Source: a virus (taxonomy: Duplodnaviria > Caudoviricetes). From it: a stretch of 64,000 nucleotides of DNA. The notes under the pieces are model-generated. The model was not told where the DNA came from. It saw only the letters and a program-made list of their open reading frames with translations, and made no database searches. Of the stretch, positions 17,660-25,547 are shown one piece after another; the stretch's first letter is position 1, and every line of letters begins with the position of its first letter. The stretch lies in IMG/VR virus record IMGVR_UViG_3300000439_000004, positions 32,001-96,000 of that record. One strand, written 5' to 3'. A program made the translations under genes and the position numbers.

Positions 17660-17961
17660 CTAATTTTCTAAGCCCTACGTGCAGGATTTTCACTACCTCG
17701 TATTAGTGTTTGATCGGACGTACTCGGTATCTAACGATACTTCCTGAATATTTCCCCATATTGAGATGATATGAGTAGTCATTATTGTTTTTGCTATTTG
17801 AAAAACCTACTGGGCATCCCCAATTAAAAACGTCAACCGTTACTGGGAGAAAGGACGATTTTCCAGCTTTATTCCCAAGAGACTGGCGTTTAAGGATGTC
17901 CAGTCTAATACCCTATCCATTGTTTAAGTCTTGGATTAAAGACTATGGAGGATCTCACCTC
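17615..17961 (-). ncRNA. Putative about 350-nt structured ncRNA at the end of tRNA operon 2
   Basis: GC-elevated stretch with many helices (CTGGACATCC/GGATGCCCAG, CAGGA/TCCTG, GTATC/GATAC); boundaries approximate. Confidence 0.5.
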
Positions 17962-17963
17962 TT

Positions 17964-18039
17964 TGGAGCCAAAGACAGGGTTCGAACCTGCGACCTGATC
18001 ATTACAAATGACCGGCTCTACCAACTGAGCTACTTGGGC
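17964..18039 (-). tRNA. trnT: tRNA-Thr(TGT), encoded CCA
   Basis: GGTCA-TTTGTAA-TGATC arm. Confidence 0.95.
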
Positions 18040-18244
18040 GTTTGACACCTTTATTTATCCAACTTACAGGTGTCGTAGCTGTCCCTTTTCAGGTTAGGAA
18101 TAGACTTCATGGGTTACTATTTATTCCCGCTTTCAGTAGATAGTCAATCTAAATAGAACATTGTCCTATAATCAGTCCTATATGGTCATCACTCCATTTC
18201 TCATCGTATAAGGCATACTATCCGTTGTCATGTTTCGGATCGTG

Positions 18245-18316
18245 TAGCGGGGAGTGGGTTCGAACCACTGACCTAAAGGTTATGAGCCTTCCGAGCTACC
18301 GCTGCTCTACCCCGCA
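18245..18316 (-). tRNA. trnM: tRNA-Met(CAT), initiator-like
   Basis: 1-72 mismatch, GCGGGGTAGAGCAG body, CTCATAA loop. Confidence 0.9.
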
Positions 18317-18324
18317 ATCTCTAT

Positions 18325-18774
18325 TTATGTAAAACTATTAATTATTTCTTTAACAGTATTTGCATCTGACATACCAGGAAAAGATTTATTAAATAATCCA
18401 ATTGCTTTTCCAATTTTCTTATTAATATTGGATTCATCACTTAAAGAATCCAATATCTTTTTTATTTCAATTTCCATTTCTTCTTTTGTTAAAGGTTTTG
18501 GCATATATTTTTCCAAAACTAACATTTCATTTTTTTCATTTTCAGACAAATCTAAACGATTACCTTTGATGAATTCATCATAAGATTGTTTTCTTTGTTT
18601 GATACAATTTGAAATTACCTTCAAAATACTTTCTTCAGTTAATTCTTGATTAGAATTTAACTTTTCTGATTCAGTAATTTTTGATTTTAAACTACTCAAA
18701 GCATTTTTTGTTACTTGATCTTTTGCTTTCATTGCAACAACAAAATCATTTTGTATTTGTTCTTTTAATTTCAT
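18325..18774 (-). CDS. GatB/YqeY domain protein
   Basis: AMKAKD...KQRKQS...E..VLEKYMPK motifs. Confidence 0.88.
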   Translation of the reverse strand: MKLKEQIQNDFVVAMKAKDQVTKNALSSLKSKITESEKLNSNQELTEESILKVISNCIKQRKQSYDEFIKGNRLDLSENEKNEMLVLEKYMPKPLTKEEMEIEIKKILDSLSDESNINKKIGKAIGLFNKSFPGMSDANTVKEIINSFT

Positions 18775-18841
18775 TTCTTTATGTTTTTTAATTTAACAAT
18801 GCAAATATAGATAAAAATTTTTAAATAAAAAAAAATATTTG

Positions 18842-18999
18842 TTCCGTAACCAGGAATCGAACCTGGGATCTCCGCCACATGCACGGCGGTGAGATTTAGC
18901 CTTTCTTCACTTGATATGAGTAACTTTTGTTTTTGCGTTGCTCACCGCTCGAACATATAAACTCATTCATCCGATTTGCTTCCACTTCTCTACTACGGG
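18842..18999 (-). ncRNA. 158-nt tRNA-like RNA with a large D-loop insertion and 8-nt anticodon loop
   Basis: CCCGTAG/TTACGGA acceptor, GAGA/TCTC D stem, CCGCC-GTGCATGT-GGCGG, CCAGG-TTCGATT-CCTGG. Confidence 0.7.
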
Positions 19000-19009
19000 A
19001 AAGTTATAG

Positions 19010-19082
19010 TTGCTACGTCTGGGAATCGAACCCAGTTATTTTGGCTTATGAGACCAACGAAATACCTTACCTCCCACCAGCT
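19010..19082 (-). tRNA. tRNA-Met(CAT) with bulged acceptor stem
   Basis: TTGGT-CTCATAA-GCCAA arm. Confidence 0.7.
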
Positions 19083-19095
19083 ATTTATTGTACTT

Positions 19096-19172
19096 TGGTA
19101 GCGTATATTGGATTTGAACCAATGAATGTATCCTTATGAGAGATATGTGTTCGACCACTTCACCAATACGCC
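19096..19172 (-). tRNA. tRNA-CAT on a Glu/Asp-like body, encoded CCA
   Basis: TATCT-CTCATAA-GGATA arm. Confidence 0.8.
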
Positions 19173-19255
19173 AAAAGAGCCCCGATATTTTCATAAGTAC
19201 TTAATCTTCATTTACCTGGCTCGGGGCCACACTGGTAAATTACTTCCTTACTTTG

Positions 19256-19346
19256 CGGAGAAGATAGGACTCGAACCTACACACCAGCTCATCACCGATG
19301 ACCCGTTTTCAAGACGAGGCCGATACCAATTTCGGTTTACTTCTCC
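19256..19346 (-). tRNA. trnS: tRNA-Ser(TGA)
   Basis: CTCGT-CTTGAAA-ACGGG, long variable arm, G73. Confidence 0.92.
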
Positions 19347-19463
19347 ATTAAAACAAATACAAAAAAGTCCAAAAGGGTGATTAACCAGGTATGATCTGGC
19401 ACTCTTCTGCTCCACAAACAGACGCTTTAATTCCATTTAAGCGATAACCACCATGTATATATG

Positions 19464-19611
19464 TGTTGATAATGGGATTTGAACCCACAAGTTGGTGACT
19501 AAATCAACAATTATTTTCATTGTCATCTGGTTTACTAAAACAGGAAATCCATAAATGGTCCAAATATTTTCCTCAAACAGTAATCATGTTTACCAATTCC
19601 ATCACATCAAC
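19464..19611 (-). ncRNA. 148-nt tRNA-like RNA (Leu-type D arm) with expanded anticodon/variable region
   Basis: GTTGATG/TATCAAC acceptor, GGAATTGGTAAAC D-loop, GTGGG-TTCAAAT-CCCAT T arm. Confidence 0.7.
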
Positions 19612-19707
19612 AATATAAAAAATAAACATTGCTATCAGGGTTTAAATGTCGCTCGGAATGACTTACTGACACCAACTGATTTTACAGTTTCTTAGTTTAT
19701 TTTTTTG

Positions 19708-19788
19708 AGGCCAAGGTCAGATTCGAACTGACGTGTTTAATATATCGGGTTTGCAATCCGACCTCTTCAACCACTCGAGCACTTGACC
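19708..19788 (-). tRNA. trnC: tRNA-Cys(GCA)
   Basis: TTGCAAA loop, U73, enlarged variable loop. Confidence 0.88.
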
Positions 19789-19801
19789 ATGTTTTTTTTA
19801 G

Positions 19802-19875
19802 AAGTCTCAGAGGGATTTGAACCCATCAACCTCTCGTTTCGTAGACGAGTGCTCTTCCAATTGAGCTATGAGACC
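19802..19875 (-). tRNA. trnR: tRNA-Arg(ACG)
   Basis: CTCGT-CTACGAA-ACGAG arm. Confidence 0.9.
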
Positions 19876-19880
19876 AATTG

Positions 19881-19962
19881 CACACCACACCCGACTCGAA
19901 CAGGTATTGAGAAACTCTCACGATTTTGGAGATCGCTGCATTACCAATTATGCTAGTGATGT
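19881..19962 (-). tRNA. trnW: tRNA-Trp(CCA) with variable-arm hairpin
   Basis: GCGAT-CTCCAAA-ATCGT arm, G73. Confidence 0.88.
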
Positions 19963-20042
19963 GTTTTTATTTTATTTCTTGTAATTGTTTTCTTAAATCT
20001 TGAATTTTTGTTAAGTAACCTGATACTGATATTTCAGCAGTG

Positions 20043-20234
20043 TTAGATATTTTTTGTTTCAGATTTGTTTTCATTTCTTCTTTTTTTATATAAATGATAA
20101 TCAAATCCTACTTCATTACATAATTTTTTTATTTTTTCACAATTTCTATATTTATCATCATTATATAATTTTCTAGCACCATCATTTAATGATACACAAT
20201 TATTTAAAAAATTTAAAATTTCATCTTTATTCAT
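20043..20234 (-). pseudogene. Probable truncated N-terminus of a homing endonuclease
   Basis: MNKDEILNFLNNCVSLND... resembles the N-termini of neighbouring HNH genes; no catalytic domain. Confidence 0.4.
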
Positions 20235-20296
20235 ATAAATAAATATATGAAAATGTGGTTTAAATGTAAATGGAACCACAATAAAAAAAATTTTTG

Positions 20297-20370
20297 TGTC
20301 AACAACCAGATTCGAACTGGTAACTACTAGGTGCTTCAAACCTAAGCTCTACCATTGGAGCTATGTTGAC
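20297..20370 (-). tRNA. trnF: tRNA-Phe(GAA)
   Basis: TAGGT-TTGAAGC-ACCTA arm. Confidence 0.88.
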
Positions 20371-20455
20371 ATTTTTATCCATATTTCAAAGAACATATAT
20401 CGTTTCCGATTGTTCAGCAAAGATAATAATATTTTTGATTCTACCAAATTTATTT

Positions 20456-21223
20456 TTATTGAATATTTTTATTATATTTTTTATCCCACATTTCTATTCG
20501 TTCTAATAATTGATTGTATGTTAAAATAGATTTTTTGTTTTTAGAAACATTTTCATTATGTATCATTAATTTACAATTTGCCGGATGTGATAATAATTTA
20601 GGATTAATACCTTTATTAAAACCATCTTTAACTGATAACATATGATCCCTACTTACACCACTTAAATTATTACCTCTATTTTTAGGTTTATACCAACCAT
20701 ATTTTTCAATTAACGAAAAATCAAATTCATTTGGATAATCATTCAAACTAAATTTAAAATTGGTTTCTTGTTTATATTTGGCAAATTCAGTCATATCTTT
20801 TTGATTGTTTTGTTTTTTACAATTATCTGAACAAAATTTTTTACGTATTTTTTTTTCTATTAGAATATCACAATTTTTACATTTAATAGTTTTATTTACT
20901 AATTTATTCTTATGTGATATAGACATTCTTTTTTTTGTTTCATTTGTAACTACTCTACCTATATTAGTAAATGAAGTGGAACATGACTGAGAACAAAATG
21001 AATTTCTTCTTTTTTCGTAACTTAAAATTTTATTACATTTTGGATTTAAACAAAATTTTAATTTTTTTTCATAAAGTTCTTTTGTTTTTTCAGTTAACCC
21101 ATTGCCATTTTTACTATAATCTCTTAAATTTTTATTTACATGATAATTTCTACATTTAAAAGAACAATAAATTCTATTGTTTTCAATTTCTTTGTTACAC
21201 TCAATATTTTTACATTTATTCAT
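20456..21223 (-). CDS. Zinc-finger HNH-like homing endonuclease
   Basis: Cys clusters, SRDHMLS...HPANC...N motif. Confidence 0.8.
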   Translation of the reverse strand: MNKCKNIECNKEIENNRIYCSFKCRNYHVNKNLRDYSKNGNGLTEKTKELYEKKLKFCLNPKCNKILSYEKRRNSFCSQSCSTSFTNIGRVVTNETKKRMSISHKNKLVNKTIKCKNCDILIEKKIRKKFCSDNCKKQNNQKDMTEFAKYKQETNFKFSLNDYPNEFDFSLIEKYGWYKPKNRGNNLSGVSRDHMLSVKDGFNKGINPKLLSHPANCKLMIHNENVSKNKKSILTYNQLLERIEMWDKKYNKNIQ

Positions 21224-21278
21224 ATTTATAAATATTAATAAAATGGAAAAAAGTAAAGACGAATTAAAAACAATTTAG

Positions 21279-21355
21279 TGGAAGTTACGGTGAACGATAC
21301 CGTCTGATTTCCGCATTGCAAGTGCGGTGACCACACCAATGCAGTCCCAACCCCC
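21279..21355 (-). tRNA. trnA: tRNA-Ala(TGC)
   Basis: G3.U70, CCGCA-CTTGCAA-TGCGG arm. Confidence 0.88.
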
Positions 21356-21431
21356 ATTTAATTCCCCATATTTCAAAGATCAGATGCTCATCCACTAGAG
21401 CTTCACCCCCATTTTTTTTAAAGAACTATAT

Positions 21432-21467
21432 AAACAAAAAAACCTCGGAAGGTTATTCCGAGGTTTT
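21432..21467 (-). terminator. Attenuator terminator of tRNA operon 2
   Basis: AACCTCGGAA/TTCCGAGGTT stem followed by a U tract. Confidence 0.85.
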
Positions 21468-21491
21468 CACTTATAATGTTAAAATTAAAAT

Positions 21492-21593
21492 TTAACTTAA
21501 ATCAGTATCAACAACTCGGAACATAATAATATCACGCTCATCCGCCCATTTTGAACAGATTGTAAACGACATCGTATGTTTGAATTGTTTCAT
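21492..21593 (-). CDS. Leader peptide 2 (33 aa, MKQFKHTMSFTICSKWADERDIIMFRVVDTDLS)
   Basis: Lies between promoter (21656-21663) and terminator; contains antiterminator TGTTCCGAG complementary to CTCGGAATA. Confidence 0.78.
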   Translation of the reverse strand: MKQFKHTMSFTICSKWADERDIIMFRVVDTDLS

Positions 21594-21815
21594 TGAAATT
21601 CTTTTATTTTTTTTACTTTATAATACCTCAGATACTATTTTCTCCGATTGTATTGCAAATATAGATATAAATATTGGAATAAACAAGAAAAGTTCAAAGT
21701 TTTTTAAAAATATTTTTTTTTATTTTATTTTTCCATATTTTTTTAAGATGTTTATATTGTGAAATTAAAAGATTAATAATTCAATCTTTTCTGAATTTTT
21801 AATATATTTATTAAT

Positions 21816-22622
21816 ATGAAAAAAACATTTTTATATATTAAAGAAACGCCATTAGGATTAAAATATTTAGGTAAAACAACACAAGATCCTTACACATATA
21901 AAGGTAGTGGTATATATTGGAATAATCATTTGAAAAAAAATAATTTTACAATAAATGACATAAAAACTACGATACTACTTGAAACCACAGATCGTAATGA
22001 ATTAAAAGAAATGGGATTATATTATAGTGAGTTATATAATGTTGTAGACAATAAAAAGTGGGCAAATTTAAAACCTGAAATTGGTGATGGTGGAAGTGGT
22101 AAAATGAAAGATGAGGTTAAAGAAAAAATAAAAAAAACAATGAAAGGTAAAAAATTAATATGGTCTGAGGAAACAATTAAAAAAAGAAATGAAAAATTAA
22201 AAGGTAGAAAAATGCCACCATGTTCAGAGGAAACTAAATTAAAAATAAGTTTGGCCAATAAACTATGGGAACATAAACCATTAACTGAAGAAACAAAAAG
22301 AAAAATTTCTGAATCAAATAAAGGTAAAATAGTCTCTAATGAGACTAAAATAAAAATCTCAATTAAACGAAAAGGAAAAAAACATACAGAAGAAACAAAA
22401 AACAAACTTTCAGAAGTTAATAAAGGTAAAATTGTTAGTGAAACAACAAAAATAAAAATGTCAAAAAATAAAAATAATGTCAAAAAAGTATTGGATGTTA
22501 AAACAAATTTTATATATGATACAATTAAGGATGCTGCCAATTCAATAAATATGAAACACACTACATTATGTGCAATGTTAAGAGGACAAAATAAAAATAA
22601 AACAAATTTAATATATTTATAA
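21816..22622 (+). CDS. GIY-YIG/NUMOD3 homing endonuclease
   Basis: LKYLGKT...YKGSG and repeated SEETKxKIS. Confidence 0.85.
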   Translation: MKKTFLYIKETPLGLKYLGKTTQDPYTYKGSGIYWNNHLKKNNFTINDIKTTILLETTDRNELKEMGLYYSELYNVVDNKKWANLKPEIGDGGSGKMKDEVKEKIKKTMKGKKLIWSEETIKKRNEKLKGRKMPPCSEETKLKISLANKLWEHKPLTEETKRKISESNKGKIVSNETKIKISIKRKGKKHTEETKNKLSEVNKGKIVSETTKIKMSKNKNNVKKVLDVKTNFIYDTIKDAANSINMKHTTLCAMLRGQNKNKTNLIYL

Positions 22623-22634
22623 TAAAATAAAATT

Positions 22635-22910
22635 ATGTCAGAAAATTTAAGTTTTAAATCGTGGATTCAGGATCTCTTCAAAGATGAGAGAGGTTCTACA
22701 TCAATTAAACCGGTTGTTGCTTTGATTGGTGCTCTTTTCTTATGTGGAACAATGTTAGCTAATTCATTTAGTGCTGAGAATATCAAACCATCAAATGATT
22801 TGGTTAATGCTGTAATGGTAATTACTGCAATTGGTATGGGTGCAGATACTTTGGATAAGTTCTCATCAAAAAAGAAAGATGAATCTACTGACACACCACC
22901 AGTAAATTAA
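22635..22910 (+). CDS. Small two-TM membrane protein (holin-like)
   Basis: Two hydrophobic segments, charged C-terminus. Confidence 0.5.
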   Translation: MSENLSFKSWIQDLFKDERGSTSIKPVVALIGALFLCGTMLANSFSAENIKPSNDLVNAVMVITAIGMGADTLDKFSSKKKDESTDTPPVN

Positions 22911-22922
22911 AAAAGGGGAGAA

Positions 22923-23246
22923 TTAATTCTCCCCTTTTATTTTTATTAATTGATTATGTAAATCTCTTATTTCAGTACATTTTTCAAATAATTCATTTTG
23001 TTGATAATATGGTAAAAGATCATCTATAAGAATGTTTATTTTCATCTTATCAAATTTAAATTCAGTGTCCCATTCAAGATTTTGAATTTTTGCCCTAACT
23101 AATAAATTAACATTCTCAATAGATATATCTTCAAGTTGTTTAAAACATTCGATGATTTCATTATATATTTTTTCAATATTATTATCATAGAAGTCTTTAA
23201 AATCTCCATGGTTTTCATCAATGGTTATTGTTTTTTCAAAATTCAT
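22923..23246 (-). CDS. Hypothetical protein
   Basis: 107 aa ORF. Confidence 0.65.
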   Translation of the reverse strand: MNFEKTITIDENHGDFKDFYDNNIEKIYNEIIECFKQLEDISIENVNLLVRAKIQNLEWDTEFKFDKMKINILIDDLLPYYQQNELFEKCTEIRDLHNQLIKIKGEN

Positions 23247-23247
23247 T

Positions 23248-23721
23248 TTAATCTTTTATTGTATGTTTTATCTGTACTCTTATACAGGTTTGAGGTTTTC
23301 TACAATTTTTAAAGAAATTATTAACGAAACCAATGATATTTCCAGCACCGATTGGATTTGCGGAATGTGTATAAACTGTTGGAAAAACAAATTTTTGGAA
23401 TGGATTATCAATAAACACACCTTCTTCTGTTGGATGCGGTATTTGTAATCTATTTTCAAAATAATAATTTATCAACCATTTTGCACAATCAAGACCGGTT
23501 TTTTCTTTAATATTATCATAATTAAGTGTATAATTCGGACCAACATTGTTAAAATATTCTTCCATTGCGGTATCACCTAAATCATGATCCAAAGAAATTA
23601 TTTCAATATTATTCAAACCAATTTCTTTTATTTTTTCAACAAACTCATCATAGTTTCTTACTACAATCCAACCTTCTTCTGTGGGGGTTCTCACATCATC
23701 TAAATAAATTTTATTCATCAA
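23248..23721 (-). CDS. Cyclic-phosphate-processing receiver-like domain protein
   Basis: IYLDDVRTP, ISLDHDLG, TGLDCAKWL, HSANPIG motifs. Confidence 0.8.
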   Translation of the reverse strand: MMNKIYLDDVRTPTEEGWIVVRNYDEFVEKIKEIGLNNIEIISLDHDLGDTAMEEYFNNVGPNYTLNYDNIKEKTGLDCAKWLINYYFENRLQIPHPTEEGVFIDNPFQKFVFPTVYTHSANPIGAGNIIGFVNNFFKNCRKPQTCIRVQIKHTIKD

Positions 23722-24862
23722 TATTATTTTTAAACGGTTTTGAATATTTTGGGTATATATAATCCCATATTATGTTATCATAATTTTGTCTATCATACAT
23801 TTTAAACAAAATTGGTCTTAAATGTTTTTCTTGCATTAAAACCCATTCTGCGTATGTTTTTCTTATTGGTAATTCTCCATCATAAGATTCGTAGATATTA
23901 TCAAACAATTTACCAGCATATTCTTTTATTGAATGGAAATTATATCTCAAATCTCTAACAGTATCTTTCACCCATTTATAGAAGTCATCTGGTACTTTTT
24001 CCAATATTTCATCTAATGGTTTATCTTCTTTCAAATATTCCCATAAATCACGATTAGAGATGTTTGTTAATATTCTATGTAATCTACAATATTCATCACC
24101 CTTTATCTTCATTCTAAAACCATTCTTAAAACGAATAACAAATCCTTCTGCATCATTTGATATAATTAATTTTAATTTATCAAAATCATTGAATCCGTCA
24201 TATTTTTTAACAATCTTAAAACCTAAATTTGTCATTAGGTTTTTGAATCTTATACCACCATCATAATCTTCATCGTTATAAAGATTTATTTCTTCACCTG
24301 TTTTAGTTTCGATAATTCCAAGTAATATTAAATCTTCGTAATCGTAATTACAAACAATTTTATTTTCAGGATATATGATTTCAAATAGATAAGTGTGACC
24401 TTTTGGTAGTCTATTATAATCGTATTCCTTTAATAGTTCAGTACCTTTGATTGATTGTTCTGAAGTAAATGAACCACGAGTAGATAATACCCATTCGTCT
24501 TTATAATTAAATAAAATACCCAATGAACCATCCATTTTTTCAAACACTTCAAATGATTCGTTTGGTATTATTTCTGGTGATATTTCCAAATATTCTTCAT
24601 AGTTGAAGAACTTATTAAATGGACGAGCGATAATGTCACCATCTGAATTTGTTACAAGTCCACGGCATTGTCTTGTCACATCATCCCATAAACGATCATA
24701 TTGGACTTTTGGTGAATAATTCCATGTAGTCAAATCCAGAACTGGATGAGTTTGTTTTAATAACAAACCATCATTGTGGTATTTTTCTAATAATTCAGTT
24801 GTAATTAACATTATTTTTTTATTTAAGTTTTCAAATATAGTTGTAATATTTGAAACTACCAA
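23711..24862 (-). CDS. T4 Rnl1-like RNA ligase
   Basis: CRGL, KFFN, EKMDGSLG, FEII, EGFV, KIK motifs; true start may be slightly downstream. Confidence 0.9.
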   Translation of the reverse strand: MVVSNITTIFENLNKKIMLITTELLEKYHNDGLLLKQTHPVLDLTTWNYSPKVQYDRLWDDVTRQCRGLVTNSDGDIIARPFNKFFNYEEYLEISPEIIPNESFEVFEKMDGSLGILFNYKDEWVLSTRGSFTSEQSIKGTELLKEYDYNRLPKGHTYLFEIIYPENKIVCNYDYEDLILLGIIETKTGEEINLYNDEDYDGGIRFKNLMTNLGFKIVKKYDGFNDFDKLKLIISNDAEGFVIRFKNGFRMKIKGDEYCRLHRILTNISNRDLWEYLKEDKPLDEILEKVPDDFYKWVKDTVRDLRYNFHSIKEYAGKLFDNIYESYDGELPIRKTYAEWVLMQEKHLRPILFKMYDRQNYDNIIWDYIYPKYSKPFKNNIDE

Positions 24863-24867
24863 ATAAA

Positions 24868-25290
24868 TTACAACTTTACCTCAAAACGGTTACGCATTTT
24901 TTCTATTGTTTCATCAGGTACATTGTGTTCGTTAACACCACCATGACGATTTTCTACAATTACAGAATGAACTCTATAATTATATCTTTCTGCCATTTCA
25001 TAATATGTTTTCATTTCCCATTCTTGAGTGAATGTATTGGAAACAACAATTTTTGAAAGTTCATTTTTCATTTTATTTGCACATCTAACTTGACAATCGT
25101 TATGTGCTTCTTTTATTTTTGTTGCATCAAAATTATAATTACCTTTTTCATCCATGAAATAATCATCGGCAGATAAAACATCAGTTGTATCGCTAGTCAT
25201 CCATTTTAATATAACATGTCCTAATGTTGTTTTCCCGCTACCTGGTATTCCTCTTAATAATATTAAGTCTCCTTTGAATTTATTTTCCAT
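24868..25290 (-). CDS. P-loop polynucleotide kinase (AAA_33)
   Basis: RGIPGSGKTT, SADDYF, NTF, HNVP motifs. Confidence 0.85.
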   Translation of the reverse strand: MENKFKGDLILLRGIPGSGKTTLGHVILKWMTSDTTDVLSADDYFMDEKGNYNFDATKIKEAHNDCQVRCANKMKNELSKIVVSNTFTQEWEMKTYYEMAERYNYRVHSVIVENRHGGVNEHNVPDETIEKMRNRFEVKL

Positions 25291-25346
25291 GTTCTTTTAT
25301 AAATAAATAGTTAAAAAAATTGGGGTCAAATTAATGACCCCGTTTT

Positions 25347-25511
25347 TTACTTCTTGATGATAGTATCAGGTGTGTGAGTTGAATCACTTGTTTTAATACT
25401 ATCAACCTTTACAGTTGTTGAGTCTGTTGTTCCATTTGTGGTTGACCCAGTTCCACATGCAGTCATTGCAACGGTTGCAATAAGAGCAATTACTAAAATA
25501 ATTTTATTCAT
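25347..25511 (-). CDS. Small lipoprotein (54 aa)
   Basis: MNKIILVIALIATVAMTA-C lipobox, Thr/Ser/Asp-rich; own promoter and terminator. Confidence 0.7.
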   Translation of the reverse strand: MNKIILVIALIATVAMTACGTGSTTNGTTDSTTVKVDSIKTSDSTHTPDTIIKK

Positions 25512-25547
25512 AGTGCAAATATAAATAAAATATTCTATACTTCCAAA

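Noticed and set aside
18842-18999. tRNA-His(GTG)
   Set aside because: GTG is at the edge of an 8-nt loop, not at positions 34-36, and His identity features are absent.
19096-19172. tRNA-Glu(CTC)
   Set aside because: The stem register TATCT/GGATA centres CAT in the 7-nt loop.
8592-20529. Short ORF-track entries overlapping tRNAs (8592, 10964, 11857, 12107, 17785, 18927, 19126, 19248, 20296)
   Set aside because: They overlap tRNA/ncRNA genes, mostly antisense, and have no protein motifs.
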